From Candidatus Cloacimonadales bacterium (GTDB lineage: Bacteria > Cloacimonadota > Cloacimonadia > Cloacimonadales > DAONDQ01), in NCBI GenBank assembly GCA_963662275.1, contig OY759316.1, forward strand, positions 192,001-256,000: a stretch of 64,000 nt of DNA, read 5' to 3'. A program made the position numbers and the translations under genes. The notes below the pieces were generated by a model. It worked only from the letters and a program-made list of their open reading frames with translations. It was not told the origin of the DNA and searched no databases. Positions 44,420 through 54,914 of this stretch are shown one piece after another (position 1 is the first letter of the stretch; each line of letters opens with the position of its first letter).

Positions 44420-46801
44420 ATGACAAATTCACGTTTTCTATTGCGATTAATGCTAATTTTATTCTGTTTTTCATTACCTGTTTTTGTATTTGCTAGTGAA
44501 GCTGACCTTTTACTCCCTGATCTAAGCCAAGTCCAGTTCGTAGGAATTGATGGTCATTCGCTACTGGCTTTCGGTTTAATCATATGTGTTTTAGGTTTGT
44601 TGTTCGGATTCTTTCAATATCGGGGAATTCGTAGTCTTCCAGTCCATCGAGCGATGAGCGAAGTCTCTGAATTGATCTATAGTACGTGTAAGACTTATTT
44701 GATCACACAAGGTAAATTCTTATTGGTACTGGAAGTGCTGATTGGAATTATCATCTCCTTTTATTTTGGTTATGTGAAGCATTTCCCAGGTTCACATGTA
44801 GCGATCATTCTTGCTTCGAGTGTGATCGGGATTCTTGGCAGCTATATGGTTGCCTGGTTTGGAATACGTGTCAACACAAGAGCAAACTCACGTTCTGCTT
44901 TTGCTAGCCTGAGAGGCAAACCTTTCCCGACCTATGCCATCCCAATCAGGGCAGGTATTAGTGTTGGAATGATGTTGATCAGTGTTGAACTTTTAATTAT
45001 GCTCTGCATATTGTTATTTATCCCGGGTAATTATGCCGGTGCCTGTTTCATAGGCTTTGCTATCGGTGAATCTTTGGGTGCTTCAGTGCTTCGTATTGCT
45101 GGCGGTATTTTTACTAAGATAGCTGACATCGGTGCTGACCTGATGAAGATCGAACACGAGATCAAAGAAGATGATCCCCGCAATCCCGGTGTGATTGCTG
45201 ATTGTACCGGTGATAATGCCGGTGATTCTGTAGGTCCCACTGCTGATGGTTTTGAAACTTATGGTGTAACAGGTGTTGCACTCATCACTTTCGTACTGCT
45301 GGCAGTCCCCAATGTTCAGATGCAGGTAATCCTGCTTGTTTGGCTTTTCGTTATGCGCCTTGCTATGCTCATTGCCAGCGGATTATCCTATTATATCAAT
45401 GACTTCATTGCTCGCATCCGCTTTTCGCACGTCGATAAAATGAATTTCGAAGATCCTTTAACCTCACTGGTATGGATTACTTCTGTTTTCTCGATCTTTT
45501 TAATATTCCTGCTATCCTATATCATCCTTGCTCCTCATTATCCAACCTTATGGTGGAAACTTGCTTCTATCATAACGTGTGGAACTATAGCAGGAGCAGT
45601 GATTCCTGAAATCGTCAAAATATTCACATCCACCAAATCTGCCTTTGTGCAGAATATTCTGACTTCTTCAAAACATGGAGGAGCTTCTTTGAATATTCTC
45701 GCTGGTCTTACTTCCGGCAATTACAGTGCATATTGGATGGGAATGGTGATCATTGCATTAATGGGAACTGCATTCATATTTAGTACCTTTGGTCTTGGCG
45801 TTTTCATGATTGCCCCTGCTGTTTTTGCGTTTGGCTTGGTAGCTTTCGGGTTTTTGAGTATGGGGCCGGTTACAATTGCCGTAGATTCATATGGACCTGT
45901 TACGGATAATGCGCAATCTGTATATGAATTATCCTTGATTGAAACCATTCCTAATATTAAAAAAGAAATTGAAAAAGACTTTGGATTTACACCTGATTTT
46001 GAGAGAAGTAAGGCTTTTCTCGAAGAAAATGACGGTGCCGGCAATACTTTTAAAGCTACAGCAAAACCTGTTCTTATTGGTACTGCTGTTGTAGGTGCTA
46101 CGACTATGATCTTTTCCATCATCATGATTTTAACTAACGGTCTTACTCAAAACATGGAGAAACTATCATTAATATATCCTCCATTCCTATTGGGTTTGCT
46201 TGCTGGCGGGGCAATGATCTATTGGTTTACCGGCGCAACAATGCATGCTGTTACGAGTGGAGCCTACCGAGCCGTTGAGTTCATCAAATCTAAACTGAAA
46301 CTGGATGGACATGCTGTAGCTAGCTTGGAAGACAGCTCGAAAGTAGTGGAAATTTGCACTATTTACGCCCAAAAAGGCATGATCAATATCTTCATGGTTA
46401 TTTTTCTGACCACATTAGCATATGCTTGCCTGGAACCTTTCTTCTTTATTGGATACCTGATTTCCATCGCGATGTTCGGTCTTTACCAGGCTATCTATAT
46501 GGCGAATGCCGGTGGTGCCTGGGATAATACGAAGAAAATTGTGGAATGCGATTTAAAGGAAATGTCAACTCCTTTGCATGAAGCTTCTGTTATTGGTGAT
46601 ACCGTTGGAGATCCATTTAAAGATACTTCTTCTGTGGCTATGAACCCGGTGATCAAGTTCACAACCTTATTCGGGTTACTGGCTATGGAATTGGCTCTGA
46701 CTTTAACCCGTACGATGAACACAATTTTGGCGATTATATTCTTTAGTGGAGCACTTATTTTTATCGTACTATCCTTTACCAGTATCCGTATTCGGGATTA
46801 G
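44420..46801 (+). CDS. hppA: Membrane-bound ion-translocating pyrophosphatase, divergent K+-independent-type clade
   Basis: GGIFTKIADIGADL, EDDPRNPGVIADCTGDNAGD, DSYGPVTDNA, GNTFKAT, GDTVGDPFKDTS; start moved to ATG 44420 after AGGAG. Confidence 0.93.
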   Translation: MTNSRFLLRLMLILFCFSLPVFVFASEADLLLPDLSQVQFVGIDGHSLLAFGLIICVLGLLFGFFQYRGIRSLPVHRAMSEVSELIYSTCKTYLITQGKFLLVLEVLIGIIISFYFGYVKHFPGSHVAIILASSVIGILGSYMVAWFGIRVNTRANSRSAFASLRGKPFPTYAIPIRAGISVGMMLISVELLIMLCILLFIPGNYAGACFIGFAIGESLGASVLRIAGGIFTKIADIGADLMKIEHEIKEDDPRNPGVIADCTGDNAGDSVGPTADGFETYGVTGVALITFVLLAVPNVQMQVILLVWLFVMRLAMLIASGLSYYINDFIARIRFSHVDKMNFEDPLTSLVWITSVFSIFLIFLLSYIILAPHYPTLWWKLASIITCGTIAGAVIPEIVKIFTSTKSAFVQNILTSSKHGGASLNILAGLTSGNYSAYWMGMVIIALMGTAFIFSTFGLGVFMIAPAVFAFGLVAFGFLSMGPVTIAVDSYGPVTDNAQSVYELSLIETIPNIKKEIEKDFGFTPDFERSKAFLEENDGAGNTFKATAKPVLIGTAVVGATTMIFSIIMILTNGLTQNMEKLSLIYPPFLLGLLAGGAMIYWFTGATMHAVTSGAYRAVEFIKSKLKLDGHAVASLEDSSKVVEICTIYAQKGMINIFMVIFLTTLAYACLEPFFFIGYLISIAMFGLYQAIYMANAGGAWDNTKKIVECDLKEMSTPLHEASVIGDTVGDPFKDTSSVAMNPVIKFTTLFGLLAMELALTLTRTMNTILAIIFFSGALIFIVLSFTSIRIRD

Positions 46802-46843
46802 AACTAACAATAAGAATTGCTTATCTATTAGTGTTATATATCA

Positions 46844-46876
46844 AAATGGCAGACTGTTCGGTCTGCCATTTGATTT
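46844..46876. terminator. Hairpin terminator between convergent hppA and the 856-aa gene
   Basis: AAATGGCAGAC-tgttcg-GTCTGCCATTT; same stem as the eno terminator. Confidence 0.72.
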
Positions 46877-46886
46877 AGGAGATCAG

Positions 46887-49457
46887 TTATTTAACCAGGA
46901 TTAGCTTCTGAATCCTATGTTTATTCCCGAGGTAAGAAGAACAGAAGTAGATACCGGAAGCTAGCTGGTGGTTGCTTTCATCTGTCCCGTTCCAATCCAG
47001 GTCATGTTTGCCGGATTCTAAAAAAGCATTGATCAAGGTCTTGACTTTCTGCCCCCTGATATTGAATATCTCCAGTTTCACTTTTTGCGGTGATTTCAGA
47101 TGAAAAGACAGCGTTGCGCTGCTTTGAAAGGGATTCGGGTATATTGATAATCCTTCCCTCGCTGCTGCTGTATTGTCTTGGTTGGCAACGGGTGTAATGA
47201 TTGACATCCTGCGAATGCTATCATAGCGATTTGCGTAACTGACGATGAGTGAGGGAGAAAATGTGCCGCCTTCTGTATAAGCATAAGTGGGATTCTGCTC
47301 TTCAGAATCAAGGACACCATCATCATTGAAATCCCACGCCCAATGATCGGCATCACCAGTACTCATATCCGTAAAATGGACGGCAAGTGGAGCTGCACCA
47401 CTGGTATCAGAGACAGCAAAACCAGCCTGAATCTGACCCTGGTATTCATAAGCACCAATATCTATCCTACTCTCTATCCCCAAACCATTCATTATTCTCG
47501 GATTGCCGAATAAGTCAAAAGGAGAGAGCGATAATCCTGTGGTATCAGTTGTTCCGGCATCTATCCCCGGGGATAGGGAAGTTATCATATAGGAGTTATC
47601 TCCCCACCCAAAGAATATCGGCTCTTCATCAATATTTCCCTCCTGCCAGTGCAGGAAATCGGAAGGATCACAAAATACACCTTCCATGCCATTCCGAATG
47701 ATATTATTGGATAGATACTCATGATGATTATTCAAACCATCAGGAGTATATAGAAATTGAACTTCCTGGGTTAAACTCGGATTCCAAAAGATATTGTTCT
47801 TCAGGACAGCATCACCCACTATTCCCAACACTGCGCTTCCTCCTGAATTATTGGCAAACGTGCAGTTACTGATTTCAATACCGTTATTGGCTGAGATTAG
47901 AGCCATAAAAGTATATGCTGTTTGAGTATTCTCTATGATATTAGAATTCGTTATTATTACTTTGAGTGTATCATCATCTGTATTACGCCCAATAGAAAAA
48001 ATAGTTGGCATTCCTTCTGCTGAACTGAAATTCCCCTTGAAAGTGCAGCCATCTATAATAATCGTTCCCTTATCACCATATTTCAAACCATTTCCATCTC
48101 CCTGAAGACTTGTATTGTTTTCGGAAATGCAATTAATCAGTTTATTCAATCCAGAACACTCACTAAAAGAAAAACCAGGATAAAAATAAGTTACTGAATT
48201 GTTGAGAATAATTGTATTTGTTATACTAAAATCCCTTCCTTTACCAATAGAGATCCCAGAACTTGAATTGCTCATGCCACCAGTTGCAATTACATTTTCA
48301 ATTATCAGACCATAACTCATATTTGATACAATACTCTGTGCTGAATTGTAACATGTCAAATTTGAAACTCTAACACTTTTGCTGTGAAATGCAGTAGACA
48401 ATAATAGATATATATTCTCTCCATCCAATATGGTGCTTTCTCGTGTTTCTCCCTTGAGATGTGTCCAGCTTTTTAAAGACACACCATATCTCTGATTATT
48501 CGCGGAAACTGAATATGTTCCTGGAGCGAGATGTACTGTTTTCGGATTCAGACTGTCTGCTGCTATATGATACATGGCATAATAAATGGAGCGCAGGGGT
48601 GTTGATTCTGATAAGCCATCATTTGCATCACTGCCATTGGGAGAAACATACAGGTCATGATTGATTTCTGTCATATAGGCATGTTCAACTTCGTAAATAA
48701 TGGAATTCTCAATATGGGGATCGGATGCGTATCCGGTAATAAAATAATTCAAGGGACTTATCACCGTGCAGGTATCTAAAATCACATGGACAGAGTTGTA
48801 TAATGAGAACTGACAATCCAAACCGTAAGAGGCGTCATTATTATAGATCGAGCATTTATTTACAGAACTGAATGTCACAGAAAATGAATTTGATAAATCA
48901 CTGTAACAAAATAACCCACCTCCACCATCTGATGCACTATTATTAAAAATTGAGGTTCCTTCAAAAATTAGATTTGACCATGTACTAGCAATCCCTCCTC
49001 CCCCATCAGCAGTATTGCCATAAATCTTACAATTAGTTACTAATAATTGGTCATTACCTGAGCTTAGGATACCTCCTCCCCACCTTGCATTACTCTCCGT
49101 ATAATAAGTGCCAATACCATTTGTTAGCGTTAGTCCCCTAATTATAGCATTCATTTCGTTGTGATTAAGAATAATGCAACTGCTTAAATGATTCCCGTCA
49201 ATGATCGTGGAATCAATATAAGCAGGATTCCCGGTTGTCAGTTCCAAACTCGCAAGGGTTAGGCTATGCCCATTGAAATTGATATTCTCGAAGTATCTTC
49301 CCGGATATACTAAGACCGTGTCACCGGTTGCAGAGGCATTGATGGCTGATTGGATAGCAGTAAACTGAGCAGAGCCATCCAGGTTTACGGTATGAGTAAG
49401 AGCGCAGAGTATTCCTGTTGAGAATGCAAGCATTATCAATAACATAGTCTTTGACAT
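46887..49457 (-). CDS. Secreted protein: two pectin-lyase-like beta-helix regions (DUF1565-like), PKD domain, C-terminal sorting domain
   Basis: IQSAINAS..GDTVLVYPGRYFENI; LYVSPNGSD.NDG; DLFGNPRI...DIGAYEY; APLAVHFTD.S...WAWDF PKD; SIYPNPF. Confidence 0.82.
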   Translation of the reverse strand: MSKTMLLIMLAFSTGILCALTHTVNLDGSAQFTAIQSAINASATGDTVLVYPGRYFENINFNGHSLTLASLELTTGNPAYIDSTIIDGNHLSSCIILNHNEMNAIIRGLTLTNGIGTYYTESNARWGGGILSSGNDQLLVTNCKIYGNTADGGGGIASTWSNLIFEGTSIFNNSASDGGGGLFCYSDLSNSFSVTFSSVNKCSIYNNDASYGLDCQFSLYNSVHVILDTCTVISPLNYFITGYASDPHIENSIIYEVEHAYMTEINHDLYVSPNGSDANDGLSESTPLRSIYYAMYHIAADSLNPKTVHLAPGTYSVSANNQRYGVSLKSWTHLKGETRESTILDGENIYLLLSTAFHSKSVRVSNLTCYNSAQSIVSNMSYGLIIENVIATGGMSNSSSGISIGKGRDFSITNTIILNNSVTYFYPGFSFSECSGLNKLINCISENNTSLQGDGNGLKYGDKGTIIIDGCTFKGNFSSAEGMPTIFSIGRNTDDDTLKVIITNSNIIENTQTAYTFMALISANNGIEISNCTFANNSGGSAVLGIVGDAVLKNNIFWNPSLTQEVQFLYTPDGLNNHHEYLSNNIIRNGMEGVFCDPSDFLHWQEGNIDEEPIFFGWGDNSYMITSLSPGIDAGTTDTTGLSLSPFDLFGNPRIMNGLGIESRIDIGAYEYQGQIQAGFAVSDTSGAAPLAVHFTDMSTGDADHWAWDFNDDGVLDSEEQNPTYAYTEGGTFSPSLIVSYANRYDSIRRMSIITPVANQDNTAAAREGLSIYPNPFQSSATLSFHLKSPQKVKLEIFNIRGQKVKTLINAFLESGKHDLDWNGTDESNHQLASGIYFCSSYLGNKHRIQKLILVK

Positions 49458-49491
49458 ATCTTCTCCAAGATTCTAATTGGAACGCTATCTT

Positions 49492-49837
49492 TAGACCCCC
49501 CTCCCCCCCTTCTCAAGGGGGGATTAAGGAGCCTTATCTGAACTTAATTTTAGTCTCCCCTTTCCAATCCCCCCTTGAGAAGGGGGGTTAAGGAGCCTTA
49601 TCTGAACTTAATTTTAGTACCCTTTCTAATCCCCCCTTGAGAAGGGGGGTTAAGGAGCCTTATCTGAACTTAATTTTAGTACCCTTTCTAATCCCCCCTT
49701 GAGAAGGGGGGTTAAGGAGCCTTATCTGAACTTAATTTTAGTCTCCCCTTGAGAAGGGGGGTTAAGGAGCCTTATCTGAACTTAATTTTAGTCTCCCCTT
49801 TCTAATCCCCCCTTGAGAAGGGGGGTAGGGGGGTCTA
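49492..49837. repeat. Tandem hairpin array bounded by 34-bp terminal inverted repeats (MITE-like)
   Basis: TIRs at 49492-49525 and 49804-49837 (1 mismatch); five copies of TTAAGGAGCCTTATCTGAACTTAATTTTAGT; C6-TTGAGAA-G6 hairpins. Confidence 0.88.
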
Positions 49838-49858
49838 TTTCTGAATCTGTGCCATATT

Positions 49859-50006
49859 TGGAGTTCAAATGCCCTAAACAAATTATCATTGAATACTTAA
49901 CTAAAAGGGCATTCGGACTTCAAAATCGACCTTTCATTCTCGGTAGCGAAAACCTGTTTTCTGGGAAGTTCAAATCCTCAGCTTTCATGTAAAGTCCAAA
50001 TCGCCT
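49859..50006. repeat. Degenerate dispersed element sharing segments with 5974-6023 and 44213-44257
   Basis: 49912-49961 vs 5974-6023 is 41/50; reverse complement of 49859-49874 vs 44213-44228 is 15/16; shared CTCAGCTTTCAT. Confidence 0.65.
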
Positions 50007-50118
50007 TTGTGAAATGTTATTTATTACATTTACCCGCTTTTAATGGTTATAAATAACCATTCACGAAGCAACTTGGTGATTGAAACTCCAAAATTCGAGA
50101 GTATTGCGCCCCTATAGA

Positions 50119-52872
50119 TCATTTCAGCAATACCATCTTCTTCGTCAGTTTGCATGCAGGTGTATCCAGACGATACAGGTAAATACCGGAGGCAGCTTTC
50201 CTTCCTGCATCATCTTTGCCATTCCAGGCTGTATCATGCCTGCCTGTCGTTGTGATACCATTGACAAGAGTACGTACCTTCTGACCTCTACAGTTATATA
50301 TGGATAAATTGGCATGCATGTCTTTGGCGAGTGTGAAGGAGATATGAGTATCCGGATTGAAAGGATTTGGATAGTTTGCATCTAATTCAGTCTCTAATGG
50401 AATTAAGGGAGTTCCTTCGCCAGCTTTAAAAGAGAAATAGAGATAAGAATCAATATCCCTGAGATGAATTTTCCTTTTTTCAAAGACCATTTTATTCGGA
50501 TTAAAGACTGTCCAGCTATTCTGCAACTTTGTACCACGATCTCCATAAGAGAATACGATTTCTATATCCGCTTCCGGAACCGACTTTGTGTCGTCCAGTA
50601 AATAAGCATTTATTTCAAGGGTGTCACTATCCACTTTTGCAGCCCCTTTACATACCCCATCCACCATTATTCCAACTTCTACAGGTACGTCCTGCGGATC
50701 TAACTCCACAAACACAGGCAGATAATCCAGCTTCTCCTTATAAGTGAAAATCTCAGCTTTCTCTCGTATTACAGGCGGGCGGCTTGTTGACGGAATATTC
50801 CAGTACATTTGAGCAGGTGCATTGCTGAAAGCTTTCACAGCCACCATTTCACCACAGGATAATGTGGGATGACCGACCGGAATTCCCCAGGCAGCGCCGG
50901 ATTTGGGCATGATTCTGCGGGTTGCCCAGTTCCTGGTCTTAATCTCATACAGATAATCAAGATAAGTATGGGTCAAATCCCCGGGAATATGTTTCTTAAA
51001 AGCATCCATCAGATTTTGTGTCTGCTCCGGGAACCAGCCCAGCCAATATTCTCTGACTGTATTGGGATTGCTTGGAATTGTCAATGCCAGAGGAGTGGTA
51101 TGAGCATCAGGATATAACCCGCTGATATGGAGACTATCAATATAGGGAGTACTAAATTGAACTTTAAAACCAACAGGGGCAAAAGCCCGATAATTGCCGG
51201 ATTGCCACTGGCCATTATAAAATCTAAAATCATTTGATTCAAGTCCATATTTCGACTGTGCAGAGACGAGTGTCACATTCTCCGGATCTATATAGTTACT
51301 CAGAAGCAATCCAATTTCATTCATATATCGACCGTTTTCATAAGTTCTATCATCCAATACTGGGAAGCTGCACCAGACTATGCTGCTGCTTCCATCTGGA
51401 TTTAGCTGGAAATAATCCCTTGTTTTATGCACATAAGGAGGAATATTCTGATCTGCAAAAGGATATACTCCCATATCGGGAGGAGTTCCATACTCACCAC
51501 TTAGAGGTGGATCATTATGACCAAGTGGTTTGCCTCCGTCTATACAGGGGCTTGGTCCATTGCTGTTCCAATTCAGATAATATGACTGAGTGCTATTGAC
51601 ATCGCCCAGTGTAATATTCGGGTCAGCCGCGATGTTACCATTACCTATAGTGAAATTGTTGCCATTTGCGGGTATTCCATTTTGAAAGCAGGAATATGAT
51701 ATAGGGATTGGGAGAAACAAATTAGAAGGATTCCCATTATCATCTTCAATTTTAAAATCTACAGTATTGTGTGACATGATATTGCTATGAAACGAAGAAA
51801 TAAGATTACTTCCAATTTGATCTGAATGCTGGTATATATGAATTGCTTTCTGACAATTTCGGAATAAGGAATGTGAAATATTCAGATTTAAATTATGATT
51901 AAGATCTAAATCTGTATTTCTATTAATCATAATACCATCCAGATAATCGGATATCATATTATCTTCAAATTCTATATTCATCGGCTGCTCAAAACCTGGA
52001 GATTGAAATAGAATTGCGTAAGATTGACCGTTATTACCCCAAAACTGGTTATGGATAATACTTGAACTGCAGGTATCAATCAGAGTTGTACCTTTATTAA
52101 ATATATTATTTTGGATAATAAGATTTTGGTTTATACCAATTCCTTTACACACTACCGAACCTTCTATATAATTGTCTTCAATCAGTAATGTCCCATCAAA
52201 ATGAACACCATCATTGAATTGTAAAGATTCGGCGAACCAATCAGAATTCAATCTATAGAAACGATTCCCAATAATTTGTTTGTGAACAGAATTTTGGTTA
52301 GAATATATACCTAATTGCCCGGAAGCAAGATTAAAAATATTTCCGGTTATTGCTGCGCTGCCTGGTAAATATCCAAAATCACTATTCATACATATTCCGT
52401 AGTGGCACGCATTAAATACATTTGCTATAATTGAGACAGAACCCATGTATTGCAAAAAAATGCCTGCATCCTCATTATTATGAATAAAATTTTCGAAAGT
52501 AAATCCCTGAATCGTTAAAGGGGCTGTAGTGTTACCTATAATATGAAATCCTAAAATGTTATCATTAGAACCATCAATTATGCAATGCTCATTTCCATTT
52601 TCGCTTTCGATGGTTAAAGAATAAGTGCCAAAATTTGTCATATAAATTACAACACTCTCCGAATAAATGCTATCTCTGACTATAACCAGTTGATTTTCTC
52701 TAACAGTAGAATCGAATATAACTGCCTGCCCGATTGTTTTAAAGGGATAACCAAAGGAACCATCCTGTTGATTTAAGGTAGTAGTCCCATCTACGTAAAT
52801 TGTATGCACACCGTAGAGGAAAGAAAAAGAAAGGCATAGAATTAGTAAAACTATTACATGTGATGTTTTCAT
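50119..52872 (-). CDS. Secreted right-handed beta-helix protein with C-terminal sorting domain (917 aa)
   Basis: Signal peptide; IYVD...GS...PFKTI.QA; Asn-rich parallel beta-helix turns; SPCIDGG...DMG; ANYPNPFNP domain; AAGGAGG RBS. Confidence 0.8.
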   Translation of the reverse strand: MKTSHVIVLLILCLSFSFLYGVHTIYVDGTTTLNQQDGSFGYPFKTIGQAVIFDSTVRENQLVIVRDSIYSESVVIYMTNFGTYSLTIESENGNEHCIIDGSNDNILGFHIIGNTTAPLTIQGFTFENFIHNNEDAGIFLQYMGSVSIIANVFNACHYGICMNSDFGYLPGSAAITGNIFNLASGQLGIYSNQNSVHKQIIGNRFYRLNSDWFAESLQFNDGVHFDGTLLIEDNYIEGSVVCKGIGINQNLIIQNNIFNKGTTLIDTCSSSIIHNQFWGNNGQSYAILFQSPGFEQPMNIEFEDNMISDYLDGIMINRNTDLDLNHNLNLNISHSLFRNCQKAIHIYQHSDQIGSNLISSFHSNIMSHNTVDFKIEDDNGNPSNLFLPIPISYSCFQNGIPANGNNFTIGNGNIAADPNITLGDVNSTQSYYLNWNSNGPSPCIDGGKPLGHNDPPLSGEYGTPPDMGVYPFADQNIPPYVHKTRDYFQLNPDGSSSIVWCSFPVLDDRTYENGRYMNEIGLLLSNYIDPENVTLVSAQSKYGLESNDFRFYNGQWQSGNYRAFAPVGFKVQFSTPYIDSLHISGLYPDAHTTPLALTIPSNPNTVREYWLGWFPEQTQNLMDAFKKHIPGDLTHTYLDYLYEIKTRNWATRRIMPKSGAAWGIPVGHPTLSCGEMVAVKAFSNAPAQMYWNIPSTSRPPVIREKAEIFTYKEKLDYLPVFVELDPQDVPVEVGIMVDGVCKGAAKVDSDTLEINAYLLDDTKSVPEADIEIVFSYGDRGTKLQNSWTVFNPNKMVFEKRKIHLRDIDSYLYFSFKAGEGTPLIPLETELDANYPNPFNPDTHISFTLAKDMHANLSIYNCRGQKVRTLVNGITTTGRHDTAWNGKDDAGRKAASGIYLYRLDTPACKLTKKMVLLK

Positions 52873-52916
52873 AATGACCTCCTTAATTAATAATAGGTTA
52901 AAAGCAGATGTTTCAA

Positions 52917-52923
52917 TGTCAAG
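52917..52923 (-). promoter_or_regulatory. -35-like box CTTGACA upstream of the 917-aa gene
   Basis: TTGACA on the minus strand about 45 bp before the ATG; starts 26 bp after the IS TSD. Confidence 0.55.
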
Positions 52924-52956
52924 ATAAATATTTAGACGATAAGAAAAACCTTATAT

Positions 52957-54817
52957 GAGACTGTTCAAAATTAACCTCCATTTTACGCAGCCTTATTGGT
53001 AGTGACAGAGAAAAAGTGGTCTAAGTGCGACCAATCCACATTTTCTTGACATATGCGGGAGATATTTAAACTTGCTAAAAGTGATTCCTGACGCATGATT
53101 GGTTGACCTTTATCGACCAGTTCTTTGAACCAAAGCGAAAACACAAGGTTGCGGGTGGTTTCTTCAGATTTTAGTCCAAATCTACCGGATGTCACCTTCT
53201 TGATTTTGCGGTTCCAGCGTTCAGAGACATTGGAAGTCAAACCTTTGCTGAGGTGTCTCCAATCACTAATGATATTGCTTTTGATGTATTCGGCGGCGGT
53301 TGGGGGAGTAATAGCTGTCAGGCTTGCGATACCCTTTTTCCTTCCGCCCGCCGTTTCTCTTCGGAAAGCTTTCATAATCCTCTTCTTAAAGAACTTGTCC
53401 CTGTCTTCAGGGAGATGACATTGACTGATTCTTTTGAAGAGATTTCGTATCTTATGGAACTTACAGAGTTGGTAATGGACTTTTGGAAACACTGTTTTTC
53501 TTGCAACTGCTAACGATTTACTGCCATCACTGACAATCAGGGTTGGATCTTTCCTGTAGAGCTGTCTGAAGGTTCTGAAACATGCTTCGAATGATTCTTT
53601 CTTTGTGTCAGGATACAACTCACAAAACAGAGGGATGTGAGTCACAAAATCAACAATACTGATGACATAGTACGGAATACCTTTGATCTTCACATATTTC
53701 TCATCAATGCTGATCTTTCCGCTCCACTTACCGATTGAGTTCAGAATCAGGCTCTGCAGGTCAGCGATTTCATGCCAGAGATTTGAGACTGTAGCTTTAC
53801 AGGTGTTGAGCAGCAAAGCTATCGTCTCGAAGTTCATACCGCTTCCAACCAGGTAATGTACCAGCAGACACAGGTTCTTGCGTTCCAGACTATGGAACGG
53901 CTTTGCATCGGCGGTTCTATGGGATGTATTGCCTTTAGCAGTCTTCATTTGTTCCAGGAGTCTGTCACAGATAACAGGTGTATTCTGCTGACCGGCAAGC
54001 AGTTTCAGCAGATGTACAGCATCACCGCCTACTGTCTTTTTCAGAAGAAGCTTCTGAGCTTGCTTAACTACAGACAGAGAATTGACCTGAGAAGCATATT
54101 TGCAGAAAGTGGTATAGGACATTTTAAAATCATGATGGCTGATGAACTCCTGATACATGACATTTAAAGGTAAAAGCAGGTTATTGATAACAAAATTCTC
54201 GATCTGAGGAATACACTCCAGCAGGTCAACTTTCCGGCTTAAATATGCCAGGATATCATGACCATGCTGCTCAAACTCTTGCCAGAAATTATGTACATTC
54301 CTGCGGTCTGCGTAGTTAAACAGATCAGCTATTTGCTGAAGTGTAAGGAGGTTGTCTCCGCCTATTCCTACTAATAAGCGTAGAAACGCTATTAAGAACT
54401 TGTGGTTTGATGTTGTCTCAGGCAAAGTGAATGAAAATGGTACGTTAATACTTACATGGTATTGGTTACTTTCATGACTAACACTTACCGCTTCTTGAAT
54501 TGGAGTGTTTTTTTGTCATAATATCCTCCCTTTTGTTACCAGGTAACAAATGCCATTGAAGCTATAGCAAAAAACTTGTAAAGAACTATTTTATATGATT
54601 TTAACTACACATTTAGTCAGAAACGGCTTCGAAACATTACTTATAATCGCGTGTTTTTCAATTTTAGTCAAAAAGCTTAACTTGTGATTTGGTGTCCTTA
54701 GCAGAGCTTATCTGTCAATTCTGGAAGGTATGTTAAATTATGACCGTTTCGACCACTTTTTTCAACTTGCTACTTTCTAACTTATTGAATATTATGAATA
54801 ACTTCATGAACAGTCTC
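52957..54817 (-). mobile_element. Mutator-type (IS256/ISH6-like) insertion sequence, copy 2 (1861 bp)
   Basis: TIR GAGACTGTTCA; 8-bp TSD CCTTATAT at 52949-52956 and 54818-54825; reverse complement of 20872-22732. Confidence 0.92.
52983..54425 (-). CDS. DDE transposase, copy 2 (identical protein; upstream ATG at 54519)
   Basis: Identical translation to 21264-22706. Confidence 0.88.
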   Translation of the reverse strand: MPETTSNHKFLIAFLRLLVGIGGDNLLTLQQIADLFNYADRRNVHNFWQEFEQHGHDILAYLSRKVDLLECIPQIENFVINNLLLPLNVMYQEFISHHDFKMSYTTFCKYASQVNSLSVVKQAQKLLLKKTVGGDAVHLLKLLAGQQNTPVICDRLLEQMKTAKGNTSHRTADAKPFHSLERKNLCLLVHYLVGSGMNFETIALLLNTCKATVSNLWHEIADLQSLILNSIGKWSGKISIDEKYVKIKGIPYYVISIVDFVTHIPLFCELYPDTKKESFEACFRTFRQLYRKDPTLIVSDGSKSLAVARKTVFPKVHYQLCKFHKIRNLFKRISQCHLPEDRDKFFKKRIMKAFRRETAGGRKKGIASLTAITPPTAAEYIKSNIISDWRHLSKGLTSNVSERWNRKIKKVTSGRFGLKSEETTRNLVFSLWFKELVDKGQPIMRQESLLASLNISRICQENVDWSHLDHFFSVTTNKAA

Positions 54818-54914
54818 CCTTATATGTCCTCATTCATCCTAACCATACTCGTGAATGGTTATTCATTACCATTAGTGTGGATTTTAAGCAAATGTTATAA
54901 ATAACATTTCACGA

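Noticed and set aside
49492..49837. Possible CRISPR array (palindromic units with ~62-bp period)
   Set aside because: The intervening segments are identical rather than unique spacers, the array has terminal inverted repeats, and there are no cas genes in the window.
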